A stretch of DNA of 64,000 nucleotides from Acidimicrobiales bacterium. Lineage in GTDB: Bacteria; Actinomycetota; Acidimicrobiia; Acidimicrobiales; CATQHL01. A program made the position numbers and the translations under genes. The DNA lies in contig OZ220687.1 of assembly GCA_965116465.1 (NCBI GenBank), positions 2,564,596 through 2,628,595 of the forward strand, given 5' to 3'. Under the pieces are notes generated by a model. It saw only the letters and a program-made list of their open reading frames with translations, was not told where the DNA came from and did no database searches. Of the stretch, positions 9,771 to 17,922 are shown one piece after another (position 1 is the first letter of the stretch; each line of letters starts with the position of its first letter).

Positions 9771-10940
9771 ATGGGCGCGATAACTCTCGACAACTGCACG
9801 AAGGTGTATCCCAACGGGGTCCGCGCTGTGGACGACCTGTCGTTGCAGATCAACGACGGCGAGTTCATGGTGCTCGTCGGCCCGTCCGGCTGCGGCAAGT
9901 CCACGATGCTGCGCATGATCGCCGGGCTGGAGGAGGTCACCGAGGGGACGATCACCATCGGCGACCGGGACGTGACCGACCTGGCGCCGCCCGAGCGGGA
10001 CATCGCCATGGTGTTCCAGAACTACGCCCTCTACCCGCACATGTCGGTGCGGGAGAACCTCGGCTTCGGCCTGCGGATGCGCAAGGTCTCCAAGACCGAG
10101 CGCGCCGAGCAGGTGAACGCTGTGGCCCGCACGCTCGGCCTCGGCGAGTTGCTGGACCGCAAGCCGGCGGCGCTGTCGGGCGGGCAGCGCCAGCGGGTGG
10201 CGATGGGCCGGGCCATGGTCCGCGAGCCGGCGGCGTTCCTGATGGACGAACCGCTGTCGAACCTCGACGCCAAGCTGCGCGTGGCGATGCGCTCGGAGTT
10301 GGTGCGCCTGCACGGCCGGTTGCAGACCACGTCGCTGTTCGTGACCCACGACCAGACCGAGGCGATGACCCTCGGCCAGCGGGTGGCGGTGCTGCGCGAC
10401 GGGGTGCTGCAGCAGTGCGACACCCCCCAGCAGCTCTTCAGCAACCCCGTGAACCTGTTCGTCGGGGCCTTCATCGGCTCGCCGAGCATGAACTTCGTGG
10501 AGGCCGCCGTCGGCGGTGACAGCGTCGTGTTCCCCGGCCTGCAGATGCCTCTGCCCGCCGACTCGCCGTTGCGCGGCCAGGAACGGTCGGTGATCGCCGG
10601 CATCCGGCCCACAGACTTCGCCCACAGCGACGATGCCCCCGCCGATCTGCCCCGCATGCGGATCACGCCGTCGGTGGTGGAGGAGTTGGGCGCGGAGACC
10701 TACCTCGTGTTCACCATCGATGCGCCGCGAGTCGACACCGAGGCGACGCGGGCGGCAGCGGACGCCGAGCGCACCGACGAGATGACGCTGCTGGCCGACG
10801 AGGAGGGAGCGGTCTTCACCGCCCGCATCGACCCGCGCCGTTCAACCCGCCCGGGAACCGCCATGGAGTTGGCCGTCGACAGCGAGCGGGTCCACTTCTT
10901 CGACCCCGACACGGGCGAATCCCTCAGCACCGCCTCCTAG
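9771..10940 (+). CDS. ABC transporter ATP-binding protein (MalK/UgpC-like) with C-terminal regulatory domain
   Basis: Walker A GPSGCGKST, signature LSGGQRQRVAMGRA, Walker B FLMDEPLSNLD. Start set at ATG 9771 (MGAITLDNCTKVY). Confidence 0.9.
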   Translation: MGAITLDNCTKVYPNGVRAVDDLSLQINDGEFMVLVGPSGCGKSTMLRMIAGLEEVTEGTITIGDRDVTDLAPPERDIAMVFQNYALYPHMSVRENLGFGLRMRKVSKTERAEQVNAVARTLGLGELLDRKPAALSGGQRQRVAMGRAMVREPAAFLMDEPLSNLDAKLRVAMRSELVRLHGRLQTTSLFVTHDQTEAMTLGQRVAVLRDGVLQQCDTPQQLFSNPVNLFVGAFIGSPSMNFVEAAVGGDSVVFPGLQMPLPADSPLRGQERSVIAGIRPTDFAHSDDAPADLPRMRITPSVVEELGAETYLVFTIDAPRVDTEATRAAADAERTDEMTLLADEEGAVFTARIDPRRSTRPGTAMELAVDSERVHFFDPDTGESLSTAS

Positions 10941-10947
10941 AGCCCGC

Positions 10948-12120
10948 CTAGCGCAGGCCACCGAAGAACGCTCGGAGATCCTCGAGGAACAGTTCGGGCT
11001 GCTCGAAGGCGGCGAAGTGACCGCCGTGGGGCATCACGGTCCAGTGCCGGAGATCGTCGAAGAACGGCTCGCACCAGGAGCGCACCGGCGGGACGATCTC
11101 CTTCGGGAACTTCGCCACGCCGGTGGGGACCGTGATCGGTGCGATCCTGCCCGTCGGTCGAGGCGCCGACGGCCGGAACGTCTCCCAGTACAGGCGCGCC
11201 GATGAGGTCGCGGCGGCGTTCAGCCAGTAGAGCATCACGTTGTCGAGCAACTCGTCGCGACCCAGCGCGTTCTCCGGATGTCCGTCGCAGTCCGTCCACG
11301 CCCAGAACTTCTCGAGGATCCAGGCTGCCTGGCCTGCCGGCGAATCGGTCAGCCCGTAGCCGAGCGTCTGTGGCCGCGTCGAGTGCTGGCGGTTGTAGGC
11401 CGATCCCCATGCAATGAAGTCCCTGAGCGCGGCCGCGGCGTCCCGCTCCTCGTCGGTCCACGAGGGGTCGGCTGACCGCAGGTCGGGGATCGCCATGTGC
11501 GTTCGCATGACCATGTTCAGATGGATGCCGAGGCAACGTTCGGGATGGCGCGCAGCGATCGCAGTGGTGACGGCGCCGCCCCAGTCGCCTCCCTGGGCGC
11601 CGAACTGGTCGTAGCCCAGCCCCGCCATCAACTCAGCCCAGCAATCGGCGATCCGGTCGACGCCCCAGCCGGTGCGGGTCGGCTTTCCGCTGAAGCCGAA
11701 ACCCGGCAGCGACGGGCAGACCACGTGGAATGCGTCCGACGCCGACCCGCCGTGAGCCACCGGGTCGGCGAGTGGGCCGATCACCTTGGCGAACTCCACC
11801 ACCGATCCGGGCCAGCCGTGGGTGATCACCAGCGGGACGGCGCCGGGCTCCGGCGAGCGGGCATGGATGAAGTGCACGTCCATGTCGCCTAGGCGGGCCA
11901 CGAACTGATCGAACCGGTTGAGAGCCCGCTCCCGTGCTCGCCAGTCGTACTCGTTGGCCCAGTAGTCGCAGACCTCCTGCACGTACGCCAGAGGGATGCC
12001 CTGCGACCAGTCCTCCGCGGTCTCCGCCTCCGGCCAGCGCGTGCGGTGCAGGCGGTCCTTCAAGTCCTGCAGAACCTCGTCGGGAACGGCGATCTCGAAT
12101 GGTGTGACTTCCACGGCCAC
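10948..12120 (-). CDS. Epoxide hydrolase (alpha/beta hydrolase with N-terminal EH domain)
   Basis: N-terminal PFEIAVPDEVLQDLKDRLHRTRWP, HGWPGS oxyanion motif, GGDWGG nucleophile motif. GTG start lies 4 nt after the upstream stop. Confidence 0.85.
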   Translation of the reverse strand: MAVEVTPFEIAVPDEVLQDLKDRLHRTRWPEAETAEDWSQGIPLAYVQEVCDYWANEYDWRARERALNRFDQFVARLGDMDVHFIHARSPEPGAVPLVITHGWPGSVVEFAKVIGPLADPVAHGGSASDAFHVVCPSLPGFGFSGKPTRTGWGVDRIADCWAELMAGLGYDQFGAQGGDWGGAVTTAIAARHPERCLGIHLNMVMRTHMAIPDLRSADPSWTDEERDAAAALRDFIAWGSAYNRQHSTRPQTLGYGLTDSPAGQAAWILEKFWAWTDCDGHPENALGRDELLDNVMLYWLNAAATSSARLYWETFRPSAPRPTGRIAPITVPTGVAKFPKEIVPPVRSWCEPFFDDLRHWTVMPHGGHFAAFEQPELFLEDLRAFFGGLR

Positions 12121-12124
12121 GTGC

Positions 12125-12733
12125 TCAGGAGGGAGAGAACGAGCAGCCGGTCTGGAAGGGGGAGAGCTCCCCGGCGGGGACGTCCACGTCGAAGGCCTGC
12201 ATGAGTTGCGCGAGCAGGTTGTAGTAACCCACGAGTGCTACGAGTTCCATGACGCCTGCGCGGCCGAAGACGTCGCGGGCACCCTCGAAGACCTCGTCGT
12301 CGGGTCGCCGGCCCGCCAGCAGCGCCCGGCAGAGGGCGTGGGCGGCCGCTGCCGGCTCGTCGTCGAATTCGGGCGTCCGGCCGCTGTACAGATCCCTGAT
12401 CTGGTCTTCCCGCAGGCCCGCCCGGCGGGCGATGGGTTCGTGCGCCCACCACTCGAATCCCGAGCGCCAGTGGGCCGCAACCGTCAGGATGGCCACTTCC
12501 CGCACGAGCGGGCTCAGGTCGCAGCCGAAGCGGATGGCGGCACCCACCGACTGGAGGGCGTCGCCGACGACCGGGCTCAGCAGAAGGGCGTTGAACGGAC
12601 CAACCAGGCTGCCGTCGGTCTCGGTCAGCCGGAACGAGGCGTCGCGGGCCCTGTCCCCGCCGGCGATCGATTCGTAGAGGTGCTGCTGTTCGTCGGTGAG
12701 ATCCTCCGGGCGGAGCCCCTCCAGGCGGCTCAC
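12125..12733 (-). CDS. Carboxymuconolactone decarboxylase (AhpD-like) family protein
   Basis: The 202-aa C-terminal part of track ORF 12125..13156 matches the CMD family layout ([21 protein letters not shown]). GTG 12733 overlaps the upstream stop (GTGA). Confidence 0.7.
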   Translation of the reverse strand: MSRLEGLRPEDLTDEQQHLYESIAGGDRARDASFRLTETDGSLVGPFNALLLSPVVGDALQSVGAAIRFGCDLSPLVREVAILTVAAHWRSGFEWWAHEPIARRAGLREDQIRDLYSGRTPEFDDEPAAAAHALCRALLAGRRPDDEVFEGARDVFGRAGVMELVALVGYYNLLAQLMQAFDVDVPAGELSPFQTGCSFSPS

Positions 12734-13830
12734 GTCCCCAGGTCCACGATGGCGGCCACCGAGCCGCCACCCGCCGGGCCCTGCTGCAGGCCCGCCACCG
12801 AGACGAACACAGCGGGGTCGCCGATGGCGGCCGCGGCCACGCCGCCGACCGCCCCCTTGGTGTGGTGCGTGTGATGCACGTCGGAGTCGTTGAGTGCAAC
12901 CTGGCGCCGGTCCCGCAGCCGGCCCGATGGGTCGGCCTCGCACTTGATGAAGCAGTTGACGACGCGGCCGTCGAGATCCTCGGCGCGGGGGCGCTCGGGC
13001 AGGTCCAGTCCCGCCGAGCGGATGGCGTCGTAGATGCCGTCGAAGTCCAGGGCGTCGTTCATGACCGAGTGGCCGATGCGGTAGCGCCCGCCCACGCCGA
13101 GGCGATTGCCGACCACGACGATCTGGGCCTCCACCTGCTCGACACCCGACGAGCACGAGGCGACCGACGAGTACACCGACAGGTCGTGGGCGATCTGCTC
13201 GGGCCGGGGCCGGGGGATCTCGCCGAGCGCGGTGGCGATGCCGAGCGCCGAGGTGGCGTTGGAGACCGCCATCGACTCCATGGTGTCGGTGAGGGCGACG
13301 GTCTTGCCCCGGGAGTGGGCATCGGCGATGCGCTCGGCGGTCAGCAGCGGCGTCTTGGTCTGCACGAAGTGCACATCCGCACTGTCGCTGATGCCGGCGG
13401 CCTCCATGGCCTTGCGCACACCGGCGGCCACCTTGTCCACCATCTCCAGGCGTCCGATCTCCTCGGGCTGGATCGGCTCGGACACGGCGAAGCCCACGGC
13501 GAGGCGCTTCTCGTCGGCGGGCTCGGCGGGGCCGTCCACCTTGGCGAACACCGTCATGTGCGGGGAGATCACGCCGTCGCAGCCGCCGGACCAGGCGATC
13601 GGCACCTGCAGCGCCTCGGAGCGCGTCTTGCCGGCGTGGTCGACGAGGAAGTCCCGCAGCACCCGGTCGGCCAGCACGCGGGAGAAGTCGTTGACCCCCC
13701 CGTTGCCCTCCACCTTGCCGATGAGGGCCACGATCTCATCCGCGGCGAAGTCGCCGGCGGCGATGGCCGCCTCCAGTCCGGAGGTGTCCTGAACGTTCTC
13801 GAAGGGAATCTTGCGTACGACGTAGGGCAT
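12730..13830 (-). CDS. Ring-opening amidohydrolase, cyanuric acid amidohydrolase/barbiturase (AtzD/TrzD) family
   Basis: 366 aa from ATG 13830, with GAGGAGG upstream. Threefold internal organisation and family-typical segments ([35 protein letters not shown]). The length matches this family. Confidence 0.8.
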   Translation of the reverse strand: MPYVVRKIPFENVQDTSGLEAAIAAGDFAADEIVALIGKVEGNGGVNDFSRVLADRVLRDFLVDHAGKTRSEALQVPIAWSGGCDGVISPHMTVFAKVDGPAEPADEKRLAVGFAVSEPIQPEEIGRLEMVDKVAAGVRKAMEAAGISDSADVHFVQTKTPLLTAERIADAHSRGKTVALTDTMESMAVSNATSALGIATALGEIPRPRPEQIAHDLSVYSSVASCSSGVEQVEAQIVVVGNRLGVGGRYRIGHSVMNDALDFDGIYDAIRSAGLDLPERPRAEDLDGRVVNCFIKCEADPSGRLRDRRQVALNDSDVHHTHHTKGAVGGVAAAAIGDPAVFVSVAGLQQGPAGGGSVAAIVDLGT

Positions 13831-13928
13831 CTCCGGTCCTCCTCGCCCTTGGGGGATGGCTCTGACCAGCGGTGACGCCGAGAGGGTGAATGCCGCCGGC
13901 CGGACGGCCCCATGATAAGCAGTGTTGA

Positions 13929-13940
13929 ATCGTCTACGAT
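13929..13940. promoter_or_regulatory. Palindrome ATCGTCTACGAT in the divergent intergenic region; candidate operator
   Basis: Perfect 5-2-5 inverted repeat inside an AT-enriched pocket between divergent starts 13830(-) and 14010(+). TTGACA at 13945-13950 is nearby. Confidence 0.3.
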
Positions 13941-14009
13941 CCCGTTGACATTTTCCGATCCGGGGGCCGGGAGGGGCTGGCGCCGGGACCGACACGAGGA
14001 GACCATTCC

Positions 14010-15323
14010 ATGTCCGCTCCAAAGCACCTGCTACCTGGCCAGGAGACCCGAAGGGCCGGCGACCTGCTGTACGTCTCGACGATCTTCCCCGTCGACGGCG
14101 CTGGCCGTGCCGTGCAGTCCGCGTCGCATTCGCCCCATATGGGCGACTCCGACGTCTACACCCAGTCCAGCGTCATCCTCGGCGAGCTGGCACGGCGTGT
14201 GGAAGCCGACGGCAGTTCCATGGACCGGGTCCTGCGGGTCGAGGTGCAGCTGGCGGCGACGGCCGACTTCCACGAGTTCAAGCTGGCGTGGATCGACGCC
14301 TTCGGTGACGAGCCCCCGGCCCGCACCACCATCGTCGTCGGCGACGATCAGGTCGTGCCCGGCACCCTCGTGACGCTCAACGCCGTGGCTCTCAACGGTG
14401 GCTCGTCGGCGCAGCGGGAGACCATCCACACCGACGAGGCCCCCGATCCGATGCCCTACGAGCACGTCCCGCAGGCCATCAAGGGGGGGCACTGGGTGTA
14501 TCCCTCGGCGCTGCCGGCCTGCGACTACGAGACGGGCATCCCGCTGGGTGTGGGCAAGAACCTGCCCGCCTTCCCCTACTACGCCAACGACGCCACCGAC
14601 CAGGCCGAGTACGTGTTCGCCAACCTGCAGAAGGTGATGCAGGCCGCCGGCACCGAGGTGGCCAACATCATCAAGGCGCACCTCTACGAGCCCAGCCTCC
14701 TGTCGTTCCCCGACGTGGACGCCGTCTGGGCCCGCTACATGCCCCGCCCGCCGACCCGGGCCTCGATGGCCGCACGCGACCTGCTCGTGGAGCGGGCGGT
14801 GTTCGTGGCCAACCTGGTCGGCGTGATGCCCGACGACTCCATGGAGATCGTCGAGACCCGCAAGGGCATCCACTGGCACCCGGTGCTGGTGCGCAAGGTG
14901 AACTTCACGCCCGGCATCGCCGTCGGCGACGACTGGCTGTTCCTGGCCGGCCAGGTTCCGGTGCCGGACTTCCTGACCGGCGTGGTGGGCACCGGCCCGT
15001 CCAAGCTGCGTCACTACTTCAGTGACATCGAGATGCAGACCGAGACCACCATGCGTCTCATCCAGGACCAGATCGACTCCAACGGCTTCGAGTTGAAGGA
15101 CGTGGTGGACGCCCACATCTTCCTGGTGCACGCCCAGCGCGACTACCGGGGCTTCGAGCGGGCCTGGAACCGCATCATGGCCGAGGCCGGCATCGACGAC
15201 CCGCCGCCGATCACCCTCATCCCGTCACGCCAGCGCGACGGGAACACCGGCATCATGTTCCTCGGCCCCGACGAGCACCTCGTCCCCGACATAGAAATCG
15301 ACTTCATCCTCCACCGCAGCTGA
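14010..15323 (+). CDS. Triple tandem RidA/YjgF/TdcF-family domain protein
   Basis: 437 aa divisible into three ~130-160 aa RidA-like modules. Each has a buried G(D)xxFxSG/LAG-type segment near its start and a PARxxv-type segment near its end (GDLLYVST...PARTTIVV; GHWVYPSA...PTRASMAA; DDWLFLAGQ...). Confidence 0.7.
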   Translation: MSAPKHLLPGQETRRAGDLLYVSTIFPVDGAGRAVQSASHSPHMGDSDVYTQSSVILGELARRVEADGSSMDRVLRVEVQLAATADFHEFKLAWIDAFGDEPPARTTIVVGDDQVVPGTLVTLNAVALNGGSSAQRETIHTDEAPDPMPYEHVPQAIKGGHWVYPSALPACDYETGIPLGVGKNLPAFPYYANDATDQAEYVFANLQKVMQAAGTEVANIIKAHLYEPSLLSFPDVDAVWARYMPRPPTRASMAARDLLVERAVFVANLVGVMPDDSMEIVETRKGIHWHPVLVRKVNFTPGIAVGDDWLFLAGQVPVPDFLTGVVGTGPSKLRHYFSDIEMQTETTMRLIQDQIDSNGFELKDVVDAHIFLVHAQRDYRGFERAWNRIMAEAGIDDPPPITLIPSRQRDGNTGIMFLGPDEHLVPDIEIDFILHRS

Positions 15324-15349
15324 CTCCGGGCGGTGGCCCGGCCGCCCCA

Positions 15350-15355
15350 TAGAAT
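15350..15355 (+). promoter_or_regulatory. -10-like hexamer TAGAAT 6 nt upstream of the MNT ATG (possible leaderless transcript)
   Basis: TAGAAT at 15350-15355, ATG at 15362, and no Shine-Dalgarno in between. Confidence 0.3.
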
Positions 15356-15361
15356 CGACCC

Positions 15362-15661
15362 ATGGACAATCTGGGCCGGGGTGAGGTCATCGACGTTCTC
15401 CGAGCACACAGGGACGCGCTCGCCGAGCGATTCGGTGTGGCGGAACTGGCCCTGTTCGGCTCGTTCGCCCGCGATCAGGCCACCGAGTCGAGCGATATCG
15501 ACATACTCGTCGGCTTCGACGGGCCCGCTACGTCAAAGTCGTACTTCGGTGTGCAGTTCTACCTGGAGGACCTGCTCGGTCGACGTGTCGACCTCGTGAC
15601 CACCAAAGCGCTCCGCCCCCGGTTCCGCCCCTACGTGGAGCGCGAGGCGGTCCATGTCTGA
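15362..15661 (+). CDS. Nucleotidyltransferase (MNT-type) antitoxin
   Basis: GSFARDQATESSDIDILV minimal nucleotidyltransferase motif. 8-bp overlap with the downstream HEPN gene. Confidence 0.8.
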   Translation: MDNLGRGEVIDVLRAHRDALAERFGVAELALFGSFARDQATESSDIDILVGFDGPATSKSYFGVQFYLEDLLGRRVDLVTTKALRPRFRPYVEREAVHV

Positions 15662-16004
15662 ACCCGAGGGAGATCGCGACTGGCGGCCCTACGTTCAGGA
15701 CATGGTCGAGTTCGGCGAACGGGTGGTCGCGTACGTCGAAGGATTGGATCAGCAGTCGTTCACGACCGATCAGCGCACCTACGACGCCACGCTGCGCAAT
15801 ATCGAACTCCTCGGCGAAGCGGCGACGCATGTCCCCGAGCGCGTGCGCGAGGCGCACCCTGAGATCGCTTGGCGCCAGATCATCGGAACCAGGAATCGCC
15901 TGGCGCACGGCTACCTCGGGATCGACGACGACGTCATCTGGGACATCATCCAGACCGACATCCCGGATCTGCTCGCAGCGCTCGGGCGCCTGCTGAACGA
16001 GTAG
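15654..16004 (+). CDS. HEPN-domain (DUF86/HepT-like) toxin
   Basis: RNRLAHGY (Rx4H HEPN motif), ~115 aa, paired with the MNT gene. Confidence 0.8.
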   Translation: MSEPEGDRDWRPYVQDMVEFGERVVAYVEGLDQQSFTTDQRTYDATLRNIELLGEAATHVPERVREAHPEIAWRQIIGTRNRLAHGYLGIDDDVIWDIIQTDIPDLLAALGRLLNE

Positions 16005-16122
16005 CAGCCAAGATCCGACCGGCCGGATGCGGCACTTCGGGTCTTCCACTGGCTATCCGCGCTATGTCGCGCCGACGCAAACGAGACACCGGGACCATGT
16101 ACCTCACGTTGATTGCCTGAGA

Positions 16123-16252
16123 GCGTTGTGCGCTTCACCGAGCGGGCCGGTGCTGAGGAGAGGCGCTTGCCGTCAGGCCGGTTCGACTATGGCGCCGTAT
16201 CGCTGCTGGGCAGCCTGCGGTGACGTGCCGAGGATCGCGCCGATGCGCTTCC
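16123..16252. repeat. Copy 1 of a ~130-bp dispersed direct repeat (3' end of gene 16173..16445 plus ~50 bp downstream)
   Basis: By-eye alignment with 17398..17527 shows mostly identical bases, e.g. gcgcttgccgt(c/t)aggccgg(t/g)tcgactatggcgccgtatcgctg. Confidence 0.75.
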
Positions 16253-16445
16253 AGGGGATGCCGTTGGCACGCGCCGAGGTGACCGCCTCGGCGATCTGCC
16301 GTTCCCCTCGCGCTCGGGCCAGGACGGCTCGCTCGAGCAGGTATTCCTCGACGGGTCGCTCATCATCGGATGCCGGCTCGTATGCCTCGCATCGCTCGGC
16401 AAGCTGGTCGGCGTGGTCGAGGATCTCTTGGATGGATCGGGGCAT
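16173..16445 (-). CDS. Small HTH protein, putative antitoxin of the upstream toxin-like gene
   Basis: 90 aa. The C-terminal IPWKRIGAILGTSPQAAQQRYG resembles an HTH. Separated by 4 nt from the upstream gene. Confidence 0.45.
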   Translation of the reverse strand: MPRSIQEILDHADQLAERCEAYEPASDDERPVEEYLLERAVLARARGERQIAEAVTSARANGIPWKRIGAILGTSPQAAQQRYGAIVEPA

Positions 16446-16449
16446 TGGG

Positions 16450-16671
16450 CTACTCCAGGAACTTCCGGCGAGCGGTCATGGCGTGAACGATGAAGTCGAT
16501 GCCCTCGCTTCGCGCGACTCCGATCTCGACGAGTCGTGCGGACTCGTCGGGCCCTATCAGCATGATCAGGTCTTCGAGGTCGAAGACTCGGATCGGGTTC
16601 CTGTACGCGTACAGCATGTCGTCATCGGAGATCCCGTGTTTTCGTGCGCTACCCAGGATAACCGGATCCAC
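16450..16671 (-). CDS. Small toxin-like protein (BrnT/DUF497-like, tentative)
   Basis: 73 aa. SARKHGISDDDMLYAYRNP and C-terminal HAMTARRKF recall BrnT-type toxins. Toxin-first order with a downstream HTH partner. Confidence 0.4.
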   Translation of the reverse strand: MDPVILGSARKHGISDDDMLYAYRNPIRVFDLEDLIMLIGPDESARLVEIGVARSEGIDFIVHAMTARRKFLE

Positions 16672-16684
16672 GAAATCAAGTTAT

Positions 16685-16736
16685 CTTGTGCGCTCCCATC
16701 GAGCGCGGGACGGGCCGTTTCCGCGAGGCGCACAAG
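16685..16736. other. 9-bp perfect inverted repeat CTTGTGCGC/GCGCACAAG with 34-nt spacer (intergenic RNA structure or operator)
   Basis: Arms at 16685-16693 and 16728-16736, lying between gene 16815..17288 and gene 16450..16671. Confidence 0.3.
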
Positions 16737-16814
16737 CAGATCGCGCACTGCCGCGCCGATGCGAGACGCGGGCATCGTCGACGGCGGTGAATGACAACGG
16801 GGCGCCTTTTCCTG

Positions 16815-17288
16815 TCAGTAGTCGAGACGGAGGCGCTGAGCTTCGGCAGTGAGTTCGTCGGCGATCGCGCGCCGTTCGGCATCGTCGCGGTGCTTGTACT
16901 CGATGACATCGGCGAGCAGGATCCTCCGACGGTTGCCCACCCGCCGGTGAGGGATCCTCCGCTCGTCGAGCAGCTTTACCAGGTAGGGCCGTGAAACGTT
17001 GAGCAGGTCAGCGGCCTGCTGAGTTGTCAACTCAGCATGGACAGGGGCGACCGTGACGCCATTGCCGTTGGAAATCTCAGTCAGGATGTCCACGAGCAGC
17101 CGCAAGGCGTGGCCCGGGATCTCCAGGGTGGCGCTGCTGTCGTCTGCGACCAGCGATACCGAGGCGGTATCGATGCCCGGATGGTGTCGCAGGAACCGCC
17201 CGAGCGTGTCGACGGCCTCGGCAGCCCGCGCCGCTGTTGCCTCGTCGGGCACAGCGAGTTGGTGTTCGAGCAATGCTGTGGTGGGCAT
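16815..17288 (-). CDS. Excisionase/MerR-type HTH DNA-binding protein (antitoxin-like)
   Basis: C-terminal TTQQAADLLNVSRPYLVKLLDERRIPHRRVGNRRRILLADVIEY is a typical HTH_17/excisionase motif. AAGGAGGA lies upstream of ATG 17288. Confidence 0.6.
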   Translation of the reverse strand: MPTTALLEHQLAVPDEATAARAAEAVDTLGRFLRHHPGIDTASVSLVADDSSATLEIPGHALRLLVDILTEISNGNGVTVAPVHAELTTQQAADLLNVSRPYLVKLLDERRIPHRRVGNRRRILLADVIEYKHRDDAERRAIADELTAEAQRLRLDY

Positions 17289-17299
17289 GGTCGGTCCTC

Positions 17300-17375
17300 C
17301 TTGTGTGATGCGCGTAGCGTAGGACGCTAGGTACGTGTCTGCAATACTCGAAATAGAAGTAGTATTCGAATCGAC
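17300..17375 (-). promoter_or_regulatory. AT-rich promoter/operator pocket upstream of the HTH gene
   Basis: Contains TAGCGT-AGG-ACGCTA and AATACT-N12-AGTATT inverted repeats. It is unusually AT-rich for this sequence. Confidence 0.3.
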
Positions 17376-17397
17376 ACAGCACGTTCGTGAGCCGGAA

Positions 17398-17527
17398 GCG
17401 TGTTGGTCTTCACCGATCGGGCTGGCGCTGGGGTGGGGCGCTTGCCGTTAGGCCGGGTCGACTATGGCGCCGTATCGCTGTTGCGCAGCCTGTGGCGAGG
17501 TGCCGAGGATCTTGCCGATGCGCTTCG
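17398..17527. repeat. Copy 2 of the ~130-bp repeat; carries a truncated 3' fragment of an HTH antitoxin-like gene (pseudogene remnant)
   Basis: The minus-strand reading gives ..KRIGKILGTSPQAAQQRYGAIVDPA-stop. There is no matching 5' part, and the fragment abuts the vapC stop at 17542. Confidence 0.7.
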
Positions 17528-17541
17528 ACCGTCCGGGGGAG

Positions 17542-17922
17542 TTACGCGCGGGCGGGGAGGGTCGCCACGTCGTAGGCGAGGAGTTGTTCGTCGGCTGTCA
17601 CGAGGGTGAGCGACTCGGCCTGTACCTGGGCCACGAGCATGCGATCGAACGGATCGGCGTGGTGCGGGGGTAGTCGGGTGGCCGCGTCGGCGTGCGCCGC
17701 CGTGATCGGCAACTCCTCGAACCCGCAGGCCAGGAGTTCGGCAACAAGCCCGTCGGGATACTCAATCCTGCCTTTCGCTCGCTTGATGCCGAGTTCCCAT
17801 GGCGTCACCGCCGAGAAGTACACCTCGTCTGCTGTTCTGAGGTGGTCTCCGCACTCGTCCCCGAGCAGGGCCGACTGGCCCAGCGCCCAGAGAGCGACAT
17901 GGCTGTCGAGCAACAACCTCAC
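17542..17922 (-). CDS. vapC: PIN-domain ribonuclease toxin VapC
   Basis: 126 aa from GTG 17922 (GTGA overlap with the antitoxin stop). N-terminal LLLDSH acidic residue and DPFDRMLVAQ motif. Confidence 0.8.
   Translation of the reverse strand: MRLLLDSHVALWALGQSALLGDECGDHLRTADEVYFSAVTPWELGIKRAKGRIEYPDGLVAELLACGFEELPITAAHADAATRLPPHHADPFDRMLVAQVQAESLTLVTADEQLLAYDVATLPARA

Noticed and set aside
12125-14022. N-terminal extensions of track ORFs 12125..13156 and 12730..14022
   Set aside because: The extensions are Arg/Pro/Gly-rich and overlap upstream genes. Internal starts (GTG 12733 with GTGA coupling, ATG 13830 with GAGGAGG) give family-typical lengths.
16027-16794. 255-aa plus-strand ORF across the BrnT-like/HTH pair
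   Set aside because: It is Ser/Arg/Ala-rich with no motifs. It is antisense to two small genes that have sensible SD spacing and TA-like organisation.
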